64,000 bases of DNA, taken from contig OX597842.1 in assembly GCA_951406725.2 (NCBI GenBank), forward strand, positions 1,178,001-1,242,000. The letters run 5' to 3'. The notes under the pieces were generated by a model that was given only the letters and a program-made list of their open reading frames with translations, made no database searches and was not told the DNA's origin. The number at the start of each line of letters is the position of its first letter. The stretch's first letter is position 1. Source of the stretch: Octopus vulgaris. Lineage: Eukaryota. Below, one piece after another: positions 1 to 12,350 of this stretch. A program made the position numbers and the translations under genes.

Positions 1-277
1 CCGCTAAGTGACGGGGACATAAACACACCAGCATCGGTTGTCAAACAATTTTGTGGGGACAAACACAGACACACAAACATACACACACACACATATATAT
101 ATACATATATACGACAGGCTTCTTTCAGTTTCCGTCTACCAAATCCACTCACAAGGCTCTGGTCGACCTGAGGGCTATAGTAGAAGACACTTGCCCAAGG
201 TGCCACGCAGTGGGACTGAACCCGGAACCATGTGGTTGGTAAACAAGCTACTTACCACACAGCCACTCCTGCACCTA
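1..277 (-). mobile_element. tRNA-derived SINE, major family (SINE-A), 3' part cut by window edge
   Basis: On the minus strand the head reads AGGTGCAGGAGTGGCTGTGTGGTAAG...GGTTCAGTCCCAC (A-box/B-box-like), followed by an internal (TA/TG)n tract. The same sequence recurs ~30 times in the window. Confidence 0.9.
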
Positions 278-909
278 TATATAACTTTTGTGCTATTTCC
301 ATTTACTAAATTATGCTTACGCTGCCTTCGTCATTTCAAAATTATTGTAGAAGACATCCAGACTGCCTCGTAGTCACATTAGGATTGAACCCCAGAAGTA
401 CAGGGTTACGTACCTGGCTTCCTAACCACACACCCACACCTAATTTGGTCTGCAAGAACAAGTCTATCTTGACGCCCAGCAACAAACGAAACAAGAAAAA
501 CAACAACAACAATCTTGACAACATTACAAACATTATAATTAACAACAATTAAAAGTTTCAGTTCACAATAATTAATAAATTTTCAGTAATTATTAATTAA
601 AAGAACTGGCTTGATAGAAATCACTTCCACCCTCGCCCAGCCATACTAACCAACCAACCCTTGGAAACACCCAATATATATCTGTAGCCCTTTATAGTGC
701 TCCACAACCCCTGAATGGTAGGGGTTGCTGTCCCCTCTCCCACACCGGCACCGACTCCTGAACGAATGGATTCTTGTTTCAGTGTTGCTAATTCTGTCGT
801 TCTATTGTGAGTTCAAGCCCCGGGTAAGAGAAATGACATTAACCAAATATTGGACATTCATAATTAAATGTTCGTTGTTTGCATGATAACAATAAATTGT
901 TGGTCGTTG

Positions 910-3240
910 GGGAGGGTGGGTGGCGGTGTGGTGGTGGTGGTGGTGGCGGTGGTGGTGGTGGTGGTGGTCATATACTGGTGGTGTGTTGGTGGCAGTGTGT
1001 ATGTGTGGTGGAGGTGTATGTGTGGTAGGAGGTATATGGTGGCAGTGTGTATTGATGTATGGTGGTGGTAGTGGTGATGGTAGTGGTGATAGTGGTGGTG
1101 TTATGGTAGTGGTAGTAGTGGGGATGGTGGTAGTGGTGGTAGTGTGGGGATTGCAGTATAGTGGTGGTGGCGATGTTGGTGTTGGTGGTGGTGGTAGTGG
1201 TCTTGGTCTTGGTGATGGTGGTCATATACTGGTGGTGTGTTGGTGGCAGTGTGTATGTGCAGTGGAGGTGGCGGGGTATGGTGGAGGAGGTAGTGTGGTG
1301 GCAGTGTGTATTGATGTGTGGTGGTGGTGGTGGTAGTGTTGGTGGTGTGGTAGTGGTGGTGGTTGTAGCAGTAGTGGTGGTAGTGTGGTGAGTACAGTAT
1401 AGTGGTGGTGGGGATGGTGGTGGTCGTTGTGGTAGTGGTGTGGTGGTGGTAGAGGTGGTAGTGGGGTAGTGGTCTTGGTGATGGTGGTCATATATTGGTG
1501 GTGTGTTGGTGGCAGTGTCTATGTGTGGTGGAGGTGGAGTGTGATGGTGGTAGTGCTGACAGTGTTAGTGGTATGGTAGTGGTGGTAGTGTGATTACAGT
1601 ATAGTGTTGGTGGTGATGGTGGTGGTGGTTGTGGTGGTGGTAGTGGGGTAGTGGTCTTGATGACGGTGGTCATATACTGGTGGTGTGTTGGTGGCAGTGT
1701 TTATATGCAGTGGAGGTGGCGGGGTATGGTGGAGGAGGTGGCGGGGTATGGTGGAGGAGGTAGTGTGGTGGGAGGGATATGGTGGCAGTGTGTATTGATA
1801 TGTGGTGGTATTAGTGGTAGTGGTGGTAGTATGGTGATTGCAGTATAGTGATGGTGGTGATGGCGGTGGTGGTTGTGGTGGTGGCGGTGGTAGTGGTGAT
1901 AGTGTTGGTGGTGTGGTAGTGGTGGTGGTAGTGGCGGTGGTGGTAGTGTGGTGGGAAAGACATGGTGGCAGTGTGTATTGATGTGTGGTGGTTGTGGTAG
2001 TGATAGTGTTGGTGGTGTGGTAGTGGTGGTAGTGTGGTGAGTACAGTTTAGTGGTGGTGGCGGTAGTGGTAGTGGTGGTGGTAGTAGTGTGGTGATTGCA
2101 GGGTGGTGGTGCTAGCAGCGGTGGTTGTGGTTGTGTGGTAGTAGTTGTTTTATTATTGCAGTGTGGTGGCTATGGTGGTCCGTGGTGAGAGTAGTGACAG
2201 AGGTGGTTGTGGTAGTAGTGGGAATGGTGGTGGAGATGGGAATGTCTGATGGTAGTGTTGTGATGGTGGTAGCGTATGATGAGGTGTTACTTTGATGATG
2301 GAAGTTATTGTTGTAGTATTGGCAGAGTTGTAACGGAGGAAAGAGTAGTGGTGGTGTGCGTGGTGGACATGGCAGTATGTGGTGTAGTAGGAAGTGGTAA
2401 AGGTGATGTTGTAGTGTTAGTGGTATTAGTTTAGTGGGGAAGTAGTTGTTGCATTGTGGTGGTGGTGGGGTGTGTGTGTGTGTGGTGAAGATAGTGGTGT
2501 TTGGTAGAACTGGTAGTGGTGGTGGTGGTGATGGTTGTGGTGGTAGTAGTTGTGGTGATAGTGGTGATGTGATGATGATCATAGTGGTAGTGGTGTTGGT
2601 AATGTTAATGAAGGTGGCGGCGGTGGTAGTAGTGGTGGTGGTGATGATTGTAGTGGTAGTGGCAGTGGTGGTCATGTGGTGATTGCAGTGTGGCAGTGAT
2701 GGTGGTAATGATGTTGATGTTGGTGGTATTAGTAGTAGTAGTAGTAGTGGTGGTGATGGTGGTGGAAGTATTGTAGTGGTGGTAGCACCTGATGTGGTGT
2801 ATTTTTTATGGCAGAAGTTATCGTTGTAGTACAGGTAAAGTTGCAGTAGTAGTAGTAGTGGTGGTAGTGTGTGTAGTAGACATAGCAGTATATGTTGTAG
2901 TATGAAGTGGTAAAGATGATGTCATAGCGTTAGAGGAGGTGCAATAGTAATCAATGGTATGTGATGTTGGTTTAGTGACATAGCGTTGTGGTAGCGCGAT
3001 GTGGTGTTGTAATAGTGTTACTGTGATAGTATGTCATTATGTAGTAGTGGTTGTCGTATGGTGTGGTGTGGTGTGGTATGTAGTTTTAAAGCATACTGTA
3101 GTAGCAAAATTAGGGTTAGGTATGATGTTGTAGTCAGATTGTAGTAGAGCGTATTTGAGTGGTATATTGTATAGTTGTGATGGAGGTGGTGTTGTATTGT
3201 GATGTGGTGGTGGTGGCGGCGGCGGTAGTGTCTGTTGATG
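910..3240. repeat. (GGT/GTA)n low-complexity tract with degenerate higher-order units
   Basis: Motif GTGGTCATATACTGGTGGTGTGTTGGTGGCAGTGT recurs at ~964, 1219, 1484 and 1667 inside GGT-rich sequence. Confidence 0.85.
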
Positions 3241-3600
3241 CCTGTCAATGTCGAATAATGAGGACAGCCAATCCCCCGCTCTCCTCCTCCCCTCCACCTC
3301 ATCATCATCATCATTGTCATCATCATCATCATCATAGTTACCATCACCAACCACCCCTACCACTACCATCATCATCTGTAGCAGCACTACCACACTTACC
3401 ATACTACAACCACTACTACATAACGCTATACTATCACAGTAACGCTACTGCTACAACACCACATTGCACTACCACAACGCTATATCACTAACCCAACATT
3501 ACATACCACTGATGACTCTACTGCACCTCCACTAACACTATAACATCACGTTCACCACTTCATACTGCACCATATACTGCTCTGTCCAGCACACATGCAC
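2865..3600. repeat. ~200-bp imperfect inverted repeat (2865-3062 vs 3397-3600)
   Basis: The reverse complement of 3397-3600 aligns along its length with 2865-3062 (e.g. GCAGTATATG..TATGAAGTGGT..TAGCGTTGTGGTAG..GTTACTGTGATAGTAT). Confidence 0.8.
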
Positions 3601-3659
3601 CACTGCTATACTTCTGCCAGCACTACAACAATAAAAATGACACCATCACCACCATCAAT

Positions 3660-4014
3660 ACTATGACAGAAGCTGGAATGTTTATGTATGTGAACGTTCA
3701 ACTACAGTGGTGTTCAAGTGTAGTGAACATTATAAAACAGTGTAGTGGTAAACGTTAAGCTAAAATGGTATGATGAACACTATGGTAGTGAGTGAGTGAA
3801 TGTTATAATATAGCAGTGTAGTGAACATTGTGATACCATGGAGAAATGAACATAGGCATAGGAGTGGCTGTGTGGTAAGTAGCTTGCGTATGAACCACAT
3901 GGTTCTGGGTTCAGTCCCACTGAGTGGCACCTTGGGCAAGTGTCTTCTACTATAGCCTTGGGCTGACCAAAGCCTTGTGAGTAGATTCGGTTTACGGAAA
4001 CTGAAAGAAGCCCC

Positions 4015-4050
<36 letters not shown>

Positions 4051-5080
4051 TATGTTTGTGTGTCTGTGTTTGTCCCCTCAACATCGCTTGGTGTGTTTAC
4101 ATTCCCGTAACTTAGCGGTTCGGCAAAAGAAACCGATAGAATAAGTACTAGGCTTACAAAGAATAAGTCCTAGGGTCGAGTTGGTTGACTAAAGGCGGTG
4201 CTCCAGCATGGCCACAGACAAAAGATTGAAACAAATAAAAAGAAAAAAGAAGAAAAAAGAATTGTAATATAAGGATGTGGTGAACATTAAAACTGTAGTA
4301 TAGTGAACATTGTAATATAGTAGTGCAGTGAACATTGGAATACAGTGAACTCAAGAACATAATACAACAGTGTGGTAGACATGACTTGTTAAAGTGTTGT
4401 AATGAACACTGTAAAATGGTATAGTGAACATTACGATAGGGGTGTGGTGAACATTATAATGCAATCATGTAGTGAACATTATAATATAATGATGTAGTGA
4501 ATATAATATGATGGTGTGGTGAACATTATAATACAGTGGTCTGGTAAACTTTATAATGTGACCATGTAGTGAACAATATACTCATTAGTCTGGTGAACAT
4601 GATAAAATGGTAGCACAGTAAACATAATACAGTAGTTAGTGAACATTCTAATATGATCACACAGTGAACATTTCAATACAAGAGTGTAGTTAACATTATA
4701 ATACAATAGTGTAGTGAACATTGAAGTACAATGGTGTAGTGAACATTATAATACAATGGTGTACTGAACATTACAATATAATGGTCTAGTAAAGATTATA
4801 ATAGCGGTGCAGAGAACATTATAATATGATGGTGTAGTGAACATTATGATAGAGTGTAGCAGTGTTTTGCAGTAAACATTCTAATAAAATCTAATCTCAA
4901 GCTGAGGTCTAGTGAACGTCGCAAGACATTGCTGTTGTGATGTAGTGAACGTTATAATAACACATTGCAGTAACGATGTAGTGAACATTATGATACAGCA
5001 AACTAGCATAATTAGCTGGAGTGTAGTGAATGGAGATGTCATGTTTGGACTCAGCTACTATGAACATTATAACAGTGGAA
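3660..5080. repeat. Degenerate ~25-bp tandem repeat (GTAGTGAACATTATAATACAATGGT-like), interrupted by a SINE; resumes at ~9440-9580
   Basis: Dozens of GTGAACATT cores at ~25-bp spacing. Confidence 0.8.
3853..4250 (+). mobile_element. SINE-A full-length copy
   Basis: tRNA-like head, internal (TA)n, 3' tail GGCGGTGCTCCAGCATGGCC...GAAACAAATAAAAAG. Confidence 0.9.
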
Positions 5081-5662
5081 GTCCTAGTATTACTCTGTTC
5101 TTCTGTTATCGGTTTCAGCAAGAGGTTGTGGCCATGCTGGAGCACTGAATACAATACCTGATAGGGGAGAGATGCAATGAATGCTATAAAGGTAAGGTGA
5201 AATTTGACAAAAGGCCAGCAATTGGAGGAGGGGGAAAATCAATTACACTGATCCCCAGTATTTTACTGGTTCTCTATTATTTTGACCCTGAAAGGATAAA
5301 AGGCAAAGTTGACCTTGGCAACATTTGAACTCAGGTCCTGGAGAACAGGAAGAAATACAGCTAAGCATTTTTACTCAACACTCTACCAATTTTGCCAGCT
5401 CACCCCCTTCTTCTATCTTCTGTCTGTTACCTGTTTCAGTCATTAGACTGCGACCATGCTGGGGCACCGCCTTAAATTTTTAGTTGAAAGTATCAACCCC
5501 AGTATTTATTTTTTAAGCTTGGTACTTATTCTATCGATCTCTTTTGCTGAACTACTAAGTTACAGGGATGTAAACACACCAACACCAGTTATCAAGTAGT
5601 GATGGGGGTGGGGGGACAAAGACAGACACAAAAACACACACACATAGATATATATACATATA

Positions 5663-5871
5663 CAGGGTATCCCAGAAGTCACGCACCACCCTGGCTTTTT
5701 AAAAGAATACACCCTTATTGATTTCAAAAACACCTTATTGAAATTGATTGTAACAAATGCCCAAATTGAGCTCCCTCTACAATAAAACATGCAGAAAAAA
5801 TATAATGAAATAAAATGCTTTAATTATTTTAAATGAAAACCAGAATGGTGCGCGACTTCTGGGACACCCTG
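5663..5871. mobile_element. Tc1/mariner-type MITE inserted in the TA tract of a SINE-A
   Basis: TIRs CAGGGTATCCCAGAAGTC / GACTTCTGGGACACCCTG flanked by TA. Confidence 0.8.
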
Positions 5872-5879
5872 TATATATC

Positions 5880-6339
5880 TCTCTTTACTCTTTTACTTGT
5901 TTCAGTCAGTTGACTGCGGCCATGCTGGAGCACCGCCTTTAGTCGAGCAAATTGACCCCAGGACTTATTCTTTGTAAGCCCAGTACTTATTCCATCGGTC
6001 TCTTTTGCCGAACCGCTAAGTGACGGGGACATAAACACACCACCATCGGTTGTCAAGCAATGCTAGGGGGACAAACACAGACACACAAACATACACGCAC
6101 ACATATATATATACATATATATGACGGGCTTCTTTCAGTTTCCATCTACCAAATCAACTCACAAGGCTTTGGTGGGCCCGAGGCTATAGTTGAAGACACT
6201 TGCCCAAGGTGCCACGCAGTGGGACTGAACCCGGAAGCATGTGATTGGTAAACGAGCTACTTACCACACAGCCACTCCTAGTGGGACTGAACCCGGAACC
6301 ATGTGGTTGGTAAACAAGCTACTTACCACACAGCCACTC
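5880..6339 (-). mobile_element. SINE-A copy with duplicated tRNA head
   Basis: Full SINE-A; head segment GTGGGACTGAACCCGGAA...CAGCCACTC is present twice (~6220-6278 and 6281-6339). Confidence 0.9.
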
Positions 6340-6514
6340 ATTATTTTAAATGAAAACCAGAATTGTGCACAACTTCTGTGACACGCTGTATATATGATGG
6401 GCTTCTTTCAGTTTCCGTCTACCAAATCCACTCACAAGGCTTTGGGTAGCCTGAGGCTATAGCAGAAGACACTTGCTCAAGGTGCCATGCAGTGGAATTG
6501 AACCCGGAACTATG

Positions 6515-6830
6515 TGGTTAACAGACCAGACTTAGTGGTGGTCAACAAGATGCATCACATGTGTTATATAGTTGATGTTGCATGCCTCTTTGACCCACGA
6601 ATAGTCAAGAAGGAAGGTGAAAAAACAGATAAATACAACCCTCTTAAGTATGAAATAGCCTGGCTATGGAAAATTAAGGAGAAGTTAGTGTCAATTATTG
6701 TTGGGTCCTTGGGAATAGTATCAGAAGGGGCATTAAGAGGAATATAAGGGAAATTGGAATAGAGTGGCCAGTAGATCTGTTACAAGAGGTTTGCCTCCTT
6801 AGCATGGCCAGAATAATCAGGAAAATATTA
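6515..6830 (+). pseudogene. Non-LTR retrotransposon fragment, restriction-like endonuclease (PD..D..K) domain, R4/Dong-like
   Basis: Translation NRPDLVVVNK..CYIVDVAC..D....KEGEKTDKYNPLKYEIAWLWK...IIVGSLG matches the RLE C-terminus of site-specific non-LTR elements; frame-disrupted. Confidence 0.8.
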
Positions 6831-6842
6831 GTTAGTTTAGGG

Positions 6843-7164
6843 AGATGTACTTGCATAGCAAGTGACCTGATCTGAGATCGTGTGCTGGAATGAAAACAAT
6901 TGCAGCTTTGAAGGTGTTTATAAACCATTTAAGAAACACATAAAAACTGTTAGATTCACTTCAACATTTAAATTTAATTTGTCAAAATATTTTCGTCGCT
7001 TTGAGACTGCAACCTGTTCACCATGGAATTTTGTCAGTGAACAGGTCGCGGTCTCAAAATGACAAAAATATTTTGGCAAATTAAATTTAAATGTTGAAGT
7101 GAATCTAACAGATTTTGTGTGTTTCTTAAATGGCCTATAAACACCTTCAACGCTGCAATTGTTT
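6843..7164. mobile_element. Fold-back (palindromic) non-autonomous element, ~125-bp arms; related pieces at 22005-22082 and 38696-38911
   Basis: 6894-7020 is the near-perfect reverse complement of 7038-7164. Confidence 0.8.
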
Positions 7165-7699
7165 ATTAGATAGCTGAAAAGAATGAATAGCAAGGTACCG
7201 TAGGCTGCAGGCAGTAAGCTCACTATGCATGCAAGACTCCAAGAGTTCCAACAAAACCTGAGATTAAAAGAAAAAAATAATAATAATAATCCATTCGACT
7301 ATGGACACAAGGCCTGAAATTTTAGGTGATGTTGGGGTAAGCTGACCTCAGTGGAATTTGAGCTCAGATTGGGAAGTGTCAAAAGAAATGTCGCTAAACA
7401 TTTTCTCTGATGGGGTAACAATTCCATCAGCCAGCTGTCTATATAATAACAATAATAATGATAATCTCTTTTACTTGTTTCAGTCATTTGACTGCTGCCA
7501 TGCTGGAGGACTACCTTTAGTCAAGCAAGTCAACTTCAGGACTTATTCTTTGGAAGCTGGTCTCTTTTGCTGAACCACTAAGTTATGGGGATGTAAACAC
7601 ACCACCATCGGTTGTCAAGTGATGTTGGAGCGACAAACACAGACGCACAAACATATGCACACACATCAAAATAAATATCAAATGGAAATTGTAGTTGTG

Positions 7700-8030
7700 A
7701 TATCTGTGCCGGTGACATGTAAAAAGCACCATTCGAATGCGGCCAATGCCAGTGCCGCCCTGACTGGCTTCTGTGCCGGTGGCACGTAAAAAGCACCAAC
7801 CGATCATGGCTGCTTCCAGCCTCCCCTGGCACCTGTGCCGGTAGCACGTAAAAAGCACCCACTACATTAACGGAGTGGTTGGCGTTAGGAAGGGCATCCA
7901 GCTGTAGAAACACTGCCAGGTCAGACTGGAGCCTGGTGCAGCCTCCTGGCTTCCCAGACCCCGTTCGAACCATCCAACCTGTGCTAGCACGGAAAACAGA
8001 TGTTAAACGATGATGATCATCATCATGATA
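7700..8030 (+). mobile_element. RTE-tail element with internal GTGCCGGTGGCACGTAAAAAGCACC units and (GAT)n tail; relatives at 13830-14015, 33470-33780, 35090-35350, 47405-47815, 48640-48990, 51490-51710
   Basis: Shared 3' block GGTTGGCGTTAGGAAGGGCATCCAGC...GTTAAACGATGATGAT; adjacent to RTE ORF remnants at 33780-34398 and 50400. Confidence 0.75.
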
Positions 8031-8359
8031 TACGATGGGCTTCTTTCAGTTTCCATCTACCAAATCCACTCATAAGGCTTTGGTTGACCAGAAGCTATAG
8101 TTAGAAGACACTTGCCCAAGGTGCCATGCAGTGGGACTGAACCTGGAACCATGTGGTTGGTAAGCAAAATACTTAGCACACAGCCACTCCTAATGTGATT
8201 GGGTATTAAGTATCTTCCACAACAGTTAATGTCCCCCACTATAATTTGTGGAGAGACATTGTGAGACCTCTGACAATAGGTTGCTGTCCACCGCTCACAG
8301 AATCAACCAATTAAGACTGAGAGCTCTGAGAAGTAAATTGATAATAATAATAATAATAA

Positions 8360-8593
8360 TAATCCTTTCTATTATAGGCACAAGGCCTGAAATTTGTGGG
8401 GAGGGGACTAGTTGATCATATCGACCCAGTGTTTCACTAGTACTTTATTTATTGACCCCGAAAGGATGAAAGGTAAAGCTGACCTCAACAGAATTTGAAC
8501 TCAGAACATAGTGGCAGATGGAATACCTCTAAGCATTTCGCCTGGCATGTTAATGATTCTGCCAGCTTGCTGCCTTAATAATAATAATAATAA

Positions 8594-8630
<37 letters not shown>

Positions 8631-8894
8631 TGTTGTAGTAGTAGTAGTTGTAGTAGTAGTAGTAGTAGTAATCCTTTCTACTATAGACACAAGGTCTGAA
8701 ATTTAGGGGAGGGGGCTAATTGATTACATCAACCCCAGTACTCAACTGGTACTTAATTCATCAACACTGAAAGGATGAAAGGCAAAGTTGACCTCAGCAG
8801 AATTTGAACTCAGAACGTAGTGATGGGCGAAATACTGCCGTCCAGTATGCTAACGATTCTGCCAGCTCACTGCTCTAATAATAACAATAATAAC

Positions 8895-8933
<39 letters not shown>

Positions 8934-9325
8934 TAACAACAACAATAATAATAATCTTTTTTTTACTGCCCACAAGGGGCTAAACGCAGAGAGGACAAAC
9001 AAGGACAGACAAACGGATGAAGTCGATTATAGTGACCCCAGTGCGTAACTGGTACTTAATTTATCGACCCCGAAAGGATGAAAGGCAAAGTCAAACTCGG
9101 CGGAATTTGAACTCAGAACATAACGGCAGATGAAATACCTAATAATAATAATATTACTATCCACAAGGGGCTAAATACAGAGGGGACAAACAAGGAGAGA
9201 CAAACGGATGAAGTCGATTATAGTGATCCCAGTGCGCAACTGGCACTTAATTTATTGACCCTGAAAGGATGAAAGGCAAAGTCAACCTCGGCGGAATTTG
9301 AACTCAGAACATAACGGCAGACAAA
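8360..9325 (-). mobile_element. Cluster of four SINE-B copies separated by (AAT)n/(AGT)n
   Basis: Recurrent CCCGAAAGGATGAAAGGCAAAGTCGACCTCGGCGGAATTTGAACTCAGAAC; the B-box-like GAGTTCAAATTCC reads on the minus strand. Confidence 0.85.
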
Positions 9326-9366
9326 ATAATAATGATGATGATGATGATGATGAGATGATGATAATG

Positions 9367-9398
<32 letters not shown>

Positions 9399-9849
9399 TA
9401 TAATAATGATGATGCGATGATGATGATAATGATACCAAAAAGCTGTATGTTACGGTGAACATTATAATCCTAAATCTGTGAGTGAGGTGTAGTGAACATT
9501 ATAACAACACAATGTAACTCTGTCGCAGTGAACACAATAATAGAACAATGTTTAGGCGAACTGCAGTGAACATCATGAGAGAGAGCAATGTTCGCAGCCA
9601 GTGCCTGGTGTCTGTTTGCCATTTATCATTCCGGTGTCTTCTGAGAATTACAATTCAAGTTTATAACAAACACACAATGTCAACATGATTGATTACCCAG
9701 CAACAAATCATTTATCATTTAACGGCTTGTTTTGACGGCCTTGTTGCTGGTTGGGTGGTATATGATGGTATAGAAAGAGCCATGGTATTGTGTGTCGGTT
9801 ACAAGATGGTAAAGGAGTTTGGTGGCTTAGTTGTTATATATGATGGTAG

Positions 9850-11150
9850 ATAAGGCGGTGAGGTGGCAGAATCGTTAGCATGCCGGGCGAAATGCTTAGC
9901 GGTATTTCTTCTGCCGTTACATTCTGAGTTCAAATTCCACCAAGGTCGACTTTGCTTTTCATCCTTTCAGGGTCAATTAAATAAGTACCTATTTCTTTAT
10001 TACCCACAAGGGGTTAAACACAGAGGGGACAAACAAGGACAGACATAAGTATTAAGTCGATTACATTGACCCCAGTGCGTAACTGGTACTTAATTTATCG
10101 ACCCCGAAAGGATGAAAGGCAAAGTCGACCTCGGCGGAATTTGAACTCACAACGTAACACATACGAAATACCGCTAAGCATTTCGCCCGGCGTGCTAACG
10201 TTTCTGCCAGCTCGCTAGTATCAGTTATGCACTGGGGTTGATGTAATCAACTTAATCCCTTCATCTGTCCTTGTTTGTCCCCTTTATGTTTAACCCCTTG
10301 TAGACAATAAAGAAATAAGAAACATTAGCAAGCCAGGTGAAATGCTTAGCGGTATTTCTTCTGCCGTTACATTCTGAGTTCAAATTCCGCCGAGGTCCAC
10401 TTTGCCTTTCATCCATTTGGGGTCAATAAATTAAGTACCAGTTACGCACTAGGGTCGATGTAATCGACTTAATTCGTTTGTCTGTCCTTGTTTGTCCCCT
10501 CTATGTTTAGCCCCTTGTGGGCAGTAAAGAAATAGGTATTTTGTCTGCCGTTATGTTCTGAGTTCAAATTCCGTCGAGGTCGACTTTGCCTTTCATCCTT
10601 TTGGGGTCGATAAATTAAGTACCAGTTATTCACTGGGGTTGATGTAATCGACTTAATCCCTTCATCTGTCCTTGTTTGTCCCCTCTATGTTTAACCCCTT
10701 GTGGGCAATAAAGAAATAAGAAACATTAGCAAGCCAGGTGAAATGCTTAGCGGTATTTCGTCTGCCGTTACATTCTGAGTTCAAATTCCGCCGAGGTCGA
10801 TTTTGCCTTTCATCCTTTCGGGGTCGATAAATAAAGTACCAGTTACGCACTGGGGTTGATATAATCGACTCAATCCCTTCATCTGTCCTTGTTTGTCCCC
10901 TTTATGTTTAGCCCCCTGTGGGCAATAAAGAAATAAGAAACATTAGCAAGCCAGGTGAAATGCTTAGCAGTATTTCTTCTGCCGTTACATTCTGAGTTCA
11001 AATTCCGCCGAGGTCCACTTTGCCTTTCATCCATTTGGGGTCAATAAATTAAGTACCAGTTACGCACTAGGGTCGATGTAATCGAACTTAATCTGTTTGT
11101 CTGTCCTTGTTTGTCCTCTCTGTGTTTAGCCCCTTGTGGGTAGTAAAGAA
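9850..11150 (+). mobile_element. SINE-B head-to-tail multimer (~5 units of 180-210 bp) with one inverted copy (~9990-10216)
   Basis: TTCTGAGTTCAAATTCC...GCCTTTCATCC...AGCCCCTTGTGGG repeats at ~9920, 10370, 10555, 10772 and 10990. Confidence 0.9.
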
Positions 11151-11478
11151 ACATATATATGACGGTAGCATAGTGGTATAATTGTATGGTGGTTTAATGG
11201 TTACGTTCAGATACACAGGGTGTTTGGGAGAAATTTGATGATTTTTTAATGCACTCTTTTATTTTTTTACTTCTTTCAGCCATTTGACTGTGACCATGCT
11301 GGAGCACCGCCTTTAGTTGAGCAAAACAACCCCAGGACTTATTCTTTGTAAGCCTAGTACTTATTCTATCGGTCTCTTTTGCCAAACCACTAAGTTACGG
11401 GGACGTAAACACACCAGCATCAGTTGTCAAGCGATGTTATGAGGACAAACACAGACACACAAGCATATACACACACTC

Positions 11479-11522
<44 letters not shown>

Positions 11523-11958
11523 ACGACAGGCTTCTTTCAGTTCCCGTCTACCAAATCCACTCACAAGGCTTTGATGGTATAGAAAGAGCTATGGTATTGT
11601 GTGTTGGTTACAAGATGGTAAAGGAGTTTGGTGGCTTAGTGGTTAATATATGAATGGTAGCTTAGTGGTATAATTGTATGGTGGTTTAATGGTTATGTAC
11701 ATATATACGGGGTGTTAGGGAGAAATATGGTGATTATTTTCAGGAACAGTTTGACATATTGGTGAATGGTCAATGGCGTAGGAGAGCATGAAGGTTAATG
11801 GTATAATGGTTTGATGGTTACATACAAATATACAGGGTATTTGGGAAAAATTTAACAATGTTTTATATTTCCATTATTTAGGAACACCTCGATGTATTAG
11901 AGAATAGTTAATGGCGTTGGAGAGCATGAAGATTGAAGTTGTAGTTGACAAAAAATTC

Positions 11959-12350
11959 GGGAGTGGCTGTATGGTAAGTAGCTTGCTTAACAACCCACAT
12001 GGTTCCGGGTTCATTCCAACTGCATGGCACCTTGGACATGTGTCTTCTACTATAGCCTTGGGCCAACCAAAGCCTTATGAGTGGATTTGGTAGACGGAAA
12101 CTGAAAGAAGCGTGTCGTATATATGTATATGTATATATGTATGTGTGTGTATATGCTTGTGTATCTCTGTTTGTTCCCCCAACATTGCTTGACAACCAAT
12201 TCTGGTGTGTTTATGTCCCCGTAACTTAGCAGTTTGGCGAAAGAGACCGATAGAATAAGTACTACTAGGCTTAAAAAGAATAAGTCCCTGGAGTCGATTT
12301 GCTCTACTAAAGGTGGTGCTCCAGCATGGCCACAGTCAAATGACTGAGAG
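11959..12350 (+). mobile_element. SINE-A copy; other + strand copies or fragments at 15626-16015, 18003-18150, 22636-23110, 25166-25560, 36580-36710, 38145-38478, 49555-49950, 49969-50390, 54183-54590, 60600-61010, 63375-63595
   Basis: Same head, body and tail as the other SINE-A copies. Confidence 0.9.

Noticed and set aside
9590-9745. Enhancer-like island with TGATTGAT and ACAAT motifs
   Set aside because: Short motifs are expected by chance and cannot be supported without conservation data.
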